From contig CM082592.2 in the NCBI GenBank assembly GCA_040954595.2, forward strand, positions 9,287,677-9,351,676: a stretch of 64,000 nucleotides of DNA. Reading direction: 5' to 3'. Of this stretch, positions 38,242-50,600 are shown piece after piece (the stretch's first letter is position 1; every line of letters starts with the position of its first letter). This DNA is from Balanoglossus misakiensis (taxonomy: Eukaryota > Animalia > Hemichordata). The notes beneath the pieces were generated by a model that worked only from the letters and a program-made list of their open reading frames with translations, did not search any database and was not told the origin of the DNA. The position numbers and the translations under genes are program-made.

Positions 38242-38453
38242 GATGTACAAGGTCATGTAGGGGTCATGGCAGTGGATTTCTGCCTCTCCACTTTGACAAC
38301 AACATATGGTTCTTATTGTTCGATATCAAATAACATCGGAGGCGCTCAGGCGCAGCTACATTGGCATTCAAATTTCCAGATGACGGGCAACTTCAGCAAC
38401 GTGGTGCAGACGGTGACTGTGAAGACAAAACGATTCGTGTCTGGCGGTTCTAA
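38242..38453 (+). pseudogene. Decayed WD40-repeat gene fragment
   Basis: After an acceptor-like ccag| the sequence reads DVQGHVGVMAVDFC, then shifts frame to FDNNIWFLLFDIK*HRRRSGAATLAFKFPDDGQ...CEDKTIRVWRF*. This gives two WD40-like units, one frameshift and one internal stop. Confidence 0.5.
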
Positions 38454-38696
38454 TGTAAAAAAATCATCCTCTGAAAAACTTTTACTGAATGCCGAAATTT
38501 TACTTGCCCGTTACCTGGAAAGGACAATGCTGCGGGTCACTAGGCCAGATCGTGTGATTGATATTAGAGAATTGTCTGATATTTCATACTGAATTTCGTA
38601 ATTGAATAAAATTCAAATAAAACAGCCAAAAGTTGTGTAATATTGTTTATTTCAGTATGCATGTACAATTACAGTGATACAGGTTTTTTCGAAAGG

Positions 38697-41600
38697 AATG
38701 GTTTTTTCAAAAAATGACCAAATTTTGAAAATTCGCAAAGTCGAAAAATCCTCGATTTTTGAACATTTTCCTGAGCTATAACCCATGGTTTTTTCAAAAA
38801 ATGACCAAATTTTGAAAATTCGCAAAGTCGAAAAATCCTCGATTTTTGAACATTTTCCTGAGCTATAACCCATGGTTTTTTCAAAAAATGACCAAATTTT
38901 GAAAATTCGCAAAGTCGAAAAATCCTCGATTTTTGAACATTTTCCTGAGCTATAACCCATGGTTTTTTCAAAAAATGACCAAATTTTGAAAATTCGCAAA
39001 GTCGAAAAATCCTCGATTTTTGAACATTTTCCTGAGCTATAACCCATGGTTTTTTCAAAAAATGACCAAATTTTGAAAATTCGCGAAGTCGAAAAATCCT
39101 CGATTTTTGAACATTTTCCTGAGCTATAACCCATGGTTTTTTCAAAAAATGACCAAATTTTGAAAATTCGCAAAGTCGAAAAATCCTCGATTTTTGAACA
39201 TTTTCCTGAGCTATAACCCATGGTTTTTTCAAAAAATGACCAAATTTTGAAAATTCGCAAAGTCGAAAAATCCTCGATTTTTGAACATTTTCCTGAGCTA
39301 TAACCCATGGTTTTTTCAAAAAATGACCAAATTTTGAAAATTCGCAAAGTCGAAAAATCCTCGATTTTTGAACATTTTCCTGAGCTATAACCCATGGTTT
39401 TTTCAAAAAATGACCAAATTTTGAAAATTCGCAAAGTCGAAAAATCCTCGATTTTTGAACATTTTCCTGAGCTATAACCCATGGTTTTTTCAAAAAATGA
39501 CCAAATTTTGAAAATTCGCAAAGTCGAAAAATCCTCGATTTTTGAACATTTTCCTGAGCTATAACCCATGGTTTTTTCAAAAAATGACCAAATTTTGAAA
39601 ATTCGCAAAGTCGAAAAATCCTCGATTTTTGAACATTTTCCTGAGCTATAACCCATGGTTTTTTCAAAAAATGACCAAATTTTGAAAATTCGCAAAGTCG
39701 AAAAATCCTCGATTTTTGAACATTTTCCTGAGCTATAACCCATGGTTTTTTCAAAAAATGACCAAATTTTGAAAATTCGCACAGTCGAAAAATCCTCGAT
39801 TTTTGAACATTTTCCTGAGCTATAACCCATGGTTTTTTCAAAAAATGACCAAATTTTGAAAATTCGCAAAGTCGAAAAATCCTCGATTTTTGAACATTTT
39901 CCTGAGCTATAACCCATGGTTTTTTCAAAAAATGACCAAATTTTGAAAATTCGCAAAGTCGAAAAATCCTCGATTTTTGAACATTTTCCTGAGCTATAAC
40001 CCATGGTTTTTTCAAAAAATGACCAAATTTTGAAAATTCGCAAAGTCGAAAAATCCTCGATTTTTGAACATTTTCCTGAGCTATAACCCATGGTTTTTTC
40101 AAAAATGACCAAATTTTGAAAATTCGCAAAGTCGAAAAATCCTCGATTTTTGAACATTTTCCTGAGCTATAACCCATGGTTTTTTCAAAAAATGACCAAA
40201 TTTTGAAAATTCGCAAAGTCGAAAAATCCTCGATTTTTGAACATTTTCCTGAGCTATAACCCATGGTTTTTTCAAAAAATGACCAAATTTTGAAAATTCG
40301 CAAAGTCGAAAAATCCTCGATTTTTGAACATTTTCCTGAGCTATAACCCATGGTTTTTTCAAAAAATGACCAAATTTTGAAAATTCGCAAAGTCGAAAAA
40401 TCCTCGATTTTTGAACATTTTCCTGAGCTATAACCCATGGTTTTTTCAAAAAATGACCAAATTTTGAAAATTCGCAAAGTCGAAAAATCCTCGATTTTTG
40501 AACATTTTCCTGAGCTATAACCCATGGTTTTTTCAAAAAATGACCAAATTTTGAAAATTCGCAAAGTCGAAAAATCCTCGATTTTTGAACATTTTCCTGA
40601 GCTATAACCCATGGTTTTTTCAAAAAATGACCAAATTTTGAAAATTCGCAAAGTCGAAAAATCCTCGATTTTTGAACATTTTCCTGAGCTATAACCCATG
40701 GTTTTTTCAAAAAATGACCAAATTTTGAAAATTCGCAAAGTCGAAAAATCCTCGATTTTTGAACATTTTCCTGAGCTATAACCCATGGTTTTTTTCAAAA
40801 AATGACCAAATTTTGAAAATTCGCAAAGTCGAAAAATCCTCGATTTTTGAACATTTTCCTGAGCTATAACCCATGGTTTTTTCAAAAAATGACCAAATTT
40901 TGAAAATTCGCAAAGTCGAAAAATCCTCGATTTTTGAACATTTTCCTGAGCTATAACCCATGGTTTTTTCAAAAAATGACCAAATTTTGAAAATTCGCAA
41001 AGTCGAAAAATCCTCGATTTTTGAACATTTTCCTGAGCTATAACCCATGGTTTTTTCAAAAAATGACCAAATTTTGAAAATTCGCAAAGTCGAAAAATCC
41101 TCGATTTTTGAACATTTTCCTGAGCTATAACCCATGGTTTTTTCAAAAAATGACCAAATTTTGAAAATTCGCAAAGTCGAAAAATCCTCGATTTTTGAAC
41201 ATTTTCCTGAGCTATAACCCCATGGTTTTTTCAAAAAATGACCAAATTTTGAAAATTCGCAAAGTCGAAAAATCCTCGATTTTTGAACATTTTCCTGAGC
41301 TATAACCCATGGTTTTTTCAAAAAATGACCAAATTTTGAAAATTCGCAAAGTCGAAAAATCCTCGATTTTTGAACATTTTCCTGAGCTATAACCCATGGT
41401 TTTTTCAAAAAATGACCAAATTTTGAAAATTCGCAAAGTCGAAAAATCCTCGATTTTTGAACATTTTCCTGAGCTATAACCCATGGTTTTTTTCAAAAAA
41501 TGACCAAATTTTGAAAATTCGCAAAGTCGAAAAATCCTCGATTTTTGAACATTTTCCTGAGCTATAACCCATGGTTTTTTCAAAAAAATGACCAAATTTT

Positions 41601-44600
41601 GAAAATTCGCAAAGTCGAAAAATCCTCGATTTTTGAACATTTTCCTGAGCTATAACCCATGGTTTTTTCAAAAAATGACCAAATTTTGAAAATTCGCAAA
41701 GTCGAAAAATCCTCGATTTTTGAACATTTTCCTGAGCTATAACCCATGGTTTTTTCAAAAAATGACCAAATTTTGAAAATTCGCAAAGTCGAAAAATCCT
41801 CGATTTTTGAACATTTTCCTGAGCTATAACCCATGGTTTTTTCAAAAAATGACCAAATTTTGAAAATTCGCAAAGTCGAAAAATCCTCGATTTTTGAACA
41901 TTTTCCTGAGCTATAACCCATGGTTTTTTCAAAAAATGACCAAATTTTGAAAATTCGCAAAGTCGAAAAATCCTCGATTTTTGAACATTTTCCTGAGCTA
42001 TAACCCATGGTTTTTTCAAAAAATGACCAAATTTTGAAAATTCGCAAAGTCGAAAAATCCTCGATTTTTGAACATTTTCCTGAGCTATAACCCATGGTTT
42101 TTTCAAAAAATGACCAAATTTTGAAAATTCGCAAAGTCGAAAAATCCTCGATTTTTGAACATTTTCCTGAGCTATAACCCATGGTTTTTTCAAAAAATGA
42201 CCAAATTTTGAAAATTCGCAAAGTCGAAAAATCCTCGATTTTTGAACATTTTCCTGAGCTATAACCCATGGTTTTTTTCAAAAAATGACCAAATTTTGAA
42301 AATTCGCAAAGTCGAAAAATCCTCGATTTTTGAACATTTTCCTGAGCTATAACCCATGGTTTTTTCAAAAAATGACCAAATTTTGAAAATTCGCAAAGTC
42401 GAAAAATCCTCGATTTTTGAACATTTTCCTGAGCTATAACCCATGGTTTTTTCAAAAAATGACCAAATTTTGAAAATTCGCAAAGTCGAAAAATCCTCGA
42501 TTTTTGAACATTTTCCTGAGCTATAACCCATGGTTTTTTCAAAAAATGACCAAATTTTGAAAATTCGCAAAGTCGAAAAATCCTCGATTTTTGAACATTT
42601 TCCTGAGCTATAACCCATGGTTTTTTCAAAAAATGACCAAATTTTGAAAATTCGCAAAGTCGAAAAATCCTCGATTTTTGAACATTTTCCTGAGCTATAA
42701 CCCATGGTTTTTTCAAAAAATGACCAAATTTTGAAAATTCGCAAAGTCGAAAAATCCTCGATTTTTGAACATTTTCCTGAGCTATAACCCATGGTTTTTT
42801 TCAAAAAATGACCAAATTTTGAAAATTCGCAAAGTCGAAAAATCCTCGATTTTTGAACATTTTCCTGAGCTATAACCCATGGTTTTTTCAAAAAAATGAC
42901 CAAATTTTGAAAATTCGCAAAGTCGAAAAATCCTCGATTTTTGAACATTTTCCTGAGCTATAACCCATGGTTTTTTCAAAAAATGACCAAATTTTGAAAA
43001 TTCGCAAAGTCGAAAAATCCTCGATTTTTGAACATTTTCCTGAGCTATAACCCATGGTTTTTTCAAAAAATGACCAAATTTTGAAAATTCGCAAAGTCGA
43101 AAAATCCTCGATTTTTGAACATTTTCCTGAGCTATAACCCATGGTTTTTTCAAAAAATGACCAAATTTTGAAAATTCGCAAAGTCGAAAAATCCTCGATT
43201 TTTGAACATTTTCCTGAGCTATAACCCATGGTTTTTTCAAAAAATGACCAAATTTTGAAAATTCGCAAAGTCGAAAAATCCTCGATTTTTGAACATTTTC
43301 CTGAGCTATAACCCATGGTTTTTTCAAAAAATGACCAAATTTTGAAAATTCACAAAGTCGAAAAATCCTCGATTTTTGAACATTTTCCTGAGCTATAACC
43401 CATGGTTTTTTCAAAAAATGACCAAATTTTGAAAATTCGCAAAGTCGAAAAATCCTCGATTTTTGAACATTTTCCTGAGCTATAACCCATGGTTTTTTTC
43501 AAAAAATGACCAAATTTTGAAAATTCGCAAAGTCGAAAAATCCTCGATTTTTGAACATTTTCCTGAGCTATAACCCATGGTTTTTTTCAAAAAATGACCA
43601 AATTTTGAAAATTCGCAAAGTCGAAAAATCCTCGATTTTTGAACATTTTCCTGAGCTATAACCCATGGTTTTTTCAAAAAATGACCAAATTTTGAAAATT
43701 CGCAAAGTCGAAAAATCCTCGATTTTTGAACATTTTCCTGAGCTATAACCCATGGTTTTTTCAAAAAATGACCAAATTTTGAAAATTCGCAAAGTCGAAA
43801 AATCCTCGATTTTTGAACATTTTCCTGAGCTATAACCCATGGTTTTTTTCAAAAAATGACCAAATTTTGAAAATTCGCAAAGTCGAAAAATCCTCGATTT
43901 TTGAACATTTTCCTGAGCTATAACCCATGGTTTTTTTCAAAAAATGACCAAATTTTGAAAATTCGCAAAGTCGAAAAATCCTCGATTTTTGAACATTTTC
44001 CTGAGCTATAACCCATGGTTTTTTCAAAAAATGACCAAATTTTGAAAATTCGCAAAGTCGAAAAATCCTCGATTTTTGAACATTTTCCTGAGCTATAACC
44101 CATGGTTTTTTCAAAAAATGACCAAATTTTGAAAATTCGCAAAGTCGAAAAATCCTCGATTTTTGAACATTTTCCTGAGCTATAACCCATGGTTTTTTCA
44201 AAAAATGACCAAATTTTGAAAATTCGCAAAGTCGAAAAATCCTCGATTTTTGAACATTTTCCTGAGCTATAACCCATGGTTTTTTCAAAAAATGACCAAA
44301 TTTTGAAAATTCGCAAAGTCGAAAAATCCTCGATTTTTGAACATTTTCCTGAGCTATAACCCATGGTTTTTTCAAAAAATGACCAAATTTTGAAAATTCG
44401 CAAAGTCGAAAAATCCTCGATTTTTGAACATTTTCCTGAGCTATAACCCATGGTTTTTTCAAAAAATGACCAAATTTTGAAAATTCGCAAAGTCGAAAAA
44501 TCCTCGATTTTTGAACATTTTCCTGAGCTATAACCCATGGTTTTTTCAAAAAATGACCAAATTTTGAAAATTCGCAAAGTCGAAAAATCCTCGATTTTTG

Positions 44601-47600
44601 AACATTTTCCTGAGCTATAACCCATGGTTTTTTCAAAAAATGACCAAATTTTGAAAATTCGCAAAGTCGAAAAATCCTCGATTTTTGAACATTTTCCTGA
44701 GCTATAACCCATGGTTTTTTCAAAAAATGACCAAATTTTGAAAATTCGCAAAGTCGAAAAATCCTCGATTTTTGAACATTTTCCTGAGCTATAACCCATG
44801 GTTTTTTCAAAAAATGACCAAATTTTGAAAATTCGCAAAGTCGAAAAATCCTCGATTTTTGAACATTTTCCTGAGCTATAACCCATGGTTTTTTCAAAAA
44901 ATGACCAAATTTTGAAAATTCGCAAAGTCGAAAAATCCTCGATTTTTGAACATTTTCCGGAGCTATAACCCATGGTTTTTTAAAAAAAAGACCAAATTTT
45001 GAAAATTCGCAAAGTCGAAAAATCCTCGATTTTTGAACATTTTCCTGAGCTATAACCCATGGTTTTTTCAAAAAATGACCAAATTTTGAAAATTCGCAAA
45101 GTCGAAAAATCCTCGATTTTTGAACATTTTCCTGAGCTATAACCCATGGTTTTTTCAAAAAATGACCAAATTTTGAAAATTCGCAAAGTCGAAAAATCCT
45201 CGATTTTTGAACATTTTCCTGAGCTATAACCCATGGTTTTTTCAAAAAATGACCAAATTTTGAAAATTCGCAAAGTCGAAAAATCCTCGATTTTTGAACA
45301 TTTTCCTGAGCTATAACCCATGGTTTTTTCAAAAAATGACCAAATTTTGAAAATTCGCAAAGTCGAAAAATCCTCGATTTTTGAACATTTTCCTGAGCTA
45401 TAACCCATGGTTTTTTCAAAAAATGACCAAATTTTGAAAATTTGCAAAGTCGAAAAATCCTCGATTTTTGAACATTTTCCTGAGCTATAACCCATGGTTT
45501 TTTTCAAAAAATGACCAAATTTTGAAAATTCGCAAAGTCGAAAAATCCTCGATTTTTGAACATTTTCCTGAGCTATAACCCATGGTTTTTTCAAAAAATG
45601 ACCAAATTTTGAAAATTCGCAAAGTCGAAAAATACTCGATTTTTGAACATTTTCCTGAGCTATAACCCATGGTTATTTCAAAAAATGACCAAATTTTGAA
45701 AATTCGCAAAGTCGAAAAATCCTCGATTTTTGAACATTTTCCTGAGCTATAACCCATGGTTTTTTCAAAAAATGACCAAATTTTGAAAATTCGCAAAGTC
45801 GAAAAATCCTCGATTTTTGAACATTTTCCTGAGCTATAACCCATGGTTTTTTCAAAAAATGACCAAATTTTGAAAATTCGCAAAGTCGAAAAATCCTCGA
45901 TTTTTGAACATTTTCCTGAGCTATAACCCATGGTTTTTTCAAAAATGACCAAATTTTGAAAATTCGCAAAGTCGAAAAATCCTCGATTTTTGAACATTTT
46001 CCTGAGCTATAACCCATGGTTTTTTCAAAAAATGACCAAATTTTGAAAATTCGCAAAGTCGAAAAATCCTCGATTTTTGAACATTTTCCTGAGCTATAAC
46101 CCCATGGTTTTTTCAAAAAATGACCAAATTTTGAAAATTCGCAAAGTCGAAAAATCCTCGATTTTTGAACATTTTCCTGAGCTATAACCCATGGTTTTTT
46201 CAAAAAATGACCAAATTTTGAAAATTCGCAAAGTCGAAAAATCCTCGATTTTTGAACATTTTCCTGAGCTATAACCCATGGTTTTTTCAAAAAATGACCA
46301 AATTTTGAAAATTCGCAAAGTCGAAAAATCCTCGATTTTTGAACATTTTCCTGAGCTATAACCCATGGTTTTTTTCAAAAAATGACCAAATTTTGAAAAT
46401 TCGCAAAGTCGAAAAATCCTCGATTTTTGAACATTTTCCTGAGCTATAACCCATGGTTTTTTCAAAAAATGACCAAATTTTGAAAATTCGCAAAGTCGAA
46501 AAATCCTCGATTTTTGAACATTTTCCTGAGCTATAACCCATGGTTTTTTCAAAAAATGACCAAATTTTGAAAATTCGCAAAGTCGAAAAATCCTCGATTT
46601 TTGAACATTTTCCTGAGCTATAACCCATGGTTTTTTCAAAAAATGACCAAATTTTGAAAATTCGCAAAGTCGAAAAATCCTCGATTTTTGAACATTTTCC
46701 TGAGCTATAACCCATGGTTTTTTCAAAAAATGACCAAATTTTGAAAATTCGCAAAGTCGAAAAATCCTCGATTTTTGAACATTTTCCTGAGCTATAACCC
46801 ATGGTTTTTTCAAAAAATGACCAAATTTTGAAAATTCGCAAAGTCGAAAAATCCTCGATTTTTGAACATTTTCCTGAGCTATAACCCATGGTTTTTTCAA
46901 AAAATGACCAAATTTTGAAAATTCGCAAAGTCGAAAAATCCTCGATTTTTGAACATTTTCCTGAGCTATAACCCATGGTTTTTTCAAAAAATGACCAAAT
47001 TTTGAAAATTCGCAAAGTCGAAAAATCCTCGATTTTTGAACATTTTCCTGAGCTATAACCCATGGTTTTTTCAAAAAATGACCAAATTTTGAAAATTCGC
47101 AAAGTCGAAAAATCCTCGATTTTTGAACATTTTCCTGAGCTATAACCCATGGTTTTTTTCAAAAAATGACCAAATTTTGAAAATTCGCAAAGTCGAAAAA
47201 TCCTCGATTTTTGAACATTTTCCTGAGCTATAACCCATGGTTTTTTCAAAAAATGACCAAATTTTGAAAATTCGCAAAGTCGAAAAATCCTCGATTTTTG
47301 AACATTTTCCTGAGCTATAACCCATGGTTTTTTCAAAAAATGACCAAATTTTGAAAATTCGCAAAGTCGAAAAATCCTCGATTTTTGAACATTTTCCTGA
47401 GCTATAACCCATGGTTTTTTCAAAAAATGACCAAATTTTGAAAATTCGCAAAGTCGAAAAATCCTCGATTTTTGAACATTTTCCTGAGCTATAACCCATG
47501 GTTTTTTCAAAAAATGACCAAATTTTGAAAATTCGCAAAGTCGAAAAATCCTCGATTTTTGAACATTTTCCTGAGCTATAACCCATGGTTTTTTCAAAAA

Positions 47601-50600
47601 ATGACCAAATTTTGAAAATTCGCAAAGTCGAAAAATCCTCGATTTTTGAACATTTTCCTGAGCTATAACCCATGGTTTTTTTCAAAAAATGACCAAATTT
47701 TGAAAATTCGCAAAGTCGAAAAATCCTCGATTTTTGAACATTTTCCTGAGCTATAACCCATGGTTTTTTCAAAAAAATGACCAAATTTTGAAAATTCGCA
47801 AAGTCGAAAAATCCTCGATTTTTGAACATTTTCCTGAGCTATAACCCATGGTTTTTTCAAAAAATGACCAAATTTTGAAAATTCGCAAAGTCGAAAAATC
47901 CTCGATTTTTGAACATTTTCCTGAGCTATAACCCATGGTTTTTTCAAAAAATGACCAAATTTTGAAAATTCGCAAAGTCGAAAAATCCTCGATTTTTGAA
48001 CATTTTCCTGAGCTATAACCCATGGTTTTTTCAAAAAATGACCAAATTTTGAAAATTCGCAAAGTCGAAAAATCCTCGATTTTTGAACATTTTCCTGAGC
48101 TATAACCCATGGTTTTTTCAAAAAATGACCAAATTTTGAAAATTCGCAAAGTCGAAAAATCCTCGATTTTTGAACATTTTCCTGAGCTATAACCCATGGT
48201 TTTTTCAAAAAATGACCAAATTTTGAAATTCACAAAGTCGAAAAATCCTCGATTTTTGAACATTTTCCTGAGCTATAACCCATGGTTTTTTCAAAAAATG
48301 ACCAAATTTTGAAAATTCGCAAAGTCGAAAAATCCTCGATTTTTGAACATTTTCCTGAGCTATAACCCATGGTTTTTTTCAAAAAATGACCAAATTTTGA
48401 AAATTCGCAAAGTCGAAAAATCCTCGATTTTTGAACATTTTCCTGAGCTATAACCCATGGTTTTTTTCAAAAAATGACCAAATTTTGAAAATTCGCAAAG
48501 TCGAAAAATCCTCGATTTTTGAACATTTTCCTGAGCTATAACCCATGGTTTTTTCAAAAAATGACCAAATTTTGAAAATTCGCAAAGTCGAAAAATCCTC
48601 GATTTTTGAACATTTTCCTGAGCTATAACCCATGGTTTTTTCAAAAAATGACCAAATTTTGAAAATTCGCAAAGTCGAAAAATCCTCGATTTTTGAACAT
48701 TTTCCTGAGCTATAACCCATGGTTTTTTTCAAAAAATGACCAAATTTTGAAAATTCGCAAAGTCGAAAAATCCTCGATTTTTGAACATTTTCCTGAGCTA
48801 TAACCCATGGTTTTTTTCAAAAAATGACCAAATTTTGAAAATTCGCAAAGTCGAAAAATCCTCGATTTTTGAACATTTTCCTGAGCTATAACCCATGGTT
48901 TTTTCAAAAAATGACCAAATTTGAAAATTCGCAAAGTCGAAAAATCCTCGATTTTTGAACATTTTCCTGAGCTATAACCCATGGTTTTTTCAAAAAATGA
49001 CCAAATTTTGAAAATTCGCAAAGTCGAAAAATCCTCGATTTTTGAACATTTTCCTGAGCTATAACCCATGGTTTTTTCAAAAAATGACCAAATTTTGAAA
49101 ATTCGCAAAGTCGAAAAATCCTCGATTTTTGAACATTTTCCTGAGCTATAACCCATGGTTTTTTCAAAAAATGACCAAATTTTGAAAATTCGCAAAGTCG
49201 AAAAATCCTCGATTTTTGAACATTTTCCTGAGCTATAACCCATGGTTTTTTCAAAAAATGACCAAATTTTGAAAATTCGCAAAGTCGAAAAATCCTCGAT
49301 TTTTGAACATTTTCCTGAGCTATAACCCATGGTTTTTTCAAAAAATGACCAAATTTTGAAAATTCGCAAAGTCGAAAAATCCTCGATTTTTGAACATTTT
49401 CCTGAGCTATAACCCATGGTTTTTTCAAAAAATGACCAAATTTTGAAAATTCGCAAAGTCGAAAAATCCTCGATTTTTGAACATTTTCCTGAGCTATAAC
49501 CCATGGTTTTTTCAAAAAATGACCAAATTTTGAAAATTCGCAAAGTCGAAAAATCCTCGATTTTTGAACATTTTCCTGAGCTATAACCCATGGTTTTTTC
49601 AAAAAATGACCAAATTTTGAAAATTCGCAAAGTCGAAAAATCCTCGATTTTTGAACATTTTCCTGAGCTATAACCCATGGTTTTTTCAAAAAATGACCAA
49701 ATTTTGAAAATTCGCAAAGTCGAAAAATCCTCGATTTTTGAACATTTTCCTGAGCTATAACCCATGGTTTTTTCAAAAAATGACCAAATTTTGAAAATTC
49801 GCAAAGTCGAAAAATCCTCGATTTTTGAACATTTTCCGGAGCTATAACCCATGGTTTTTTAAAAAAAAGACCAAATTTTGAAAATTCGCAAAGTCGAAAA
49901 ATCCTCGATTTTTGAACATTTTCCTGAGCTATAACCCATGGTTTTTCAAAAAATGACCAAATTTTGAAAATTCGCAAAGTCGAAAAATCCTCGATTTTTG
50001 AACATTTTCCTGAGCTATAACCCATGGTTTTTTCAAAAAATGACCAAATTTTGAAAATTCGCAAAGTCGAAAAATCCTCGATTTTTGAACATTTTCCTGA
50101 GCTATAACCCATGGTTTTTTCAAAAAATGACCAAATTTTGAAAATTCGCAAAGTCGAAAAATCCTCGATTTTTGAACATTTTCCTGAGCTATAACCCATG
50201 GTTTTTTCAAAAAATGACCAAATTTTGAAAATTCGCAAAGTCGAAAAATCCTCGATTTTGAACATTTTCCTGAGCTATAACCCATGGTTTTTTCAAAAAA
50301 TGACCAAATTTTGAAAATTTGCAAAGTCGAAAAATCCTCGATTTTTGAACATTTTCCTGAGCTATAACCCATGGTTTTTTCAAAAAATGACCAAATTTTG
50401 AAAATTCGCAAAGTCGAAAAATCCTCGATTTTTGAACATTTTCCTGAGCTATAACCCATGGTTTTTTCAAAAAATGACCAAATTTTGAAAATTCGCAAAG
50501 TCGAAAAATCCTCGATTTTTGAACATTTTCCTGAGCTATAACCCATTTATTTCAAAAAATGACCAAATTTTGAAAATTCGCAAAGTCGAAAAATCCTCGA

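Noticed and set aside
38759-38790. Telomere-like TAACCC/GGGTTA hexamer in each monomer
   Set aside because: Only one hexamer per 87 bp and never in tandem; easily chance, and not evidence of a telomere or chromosome fusion.
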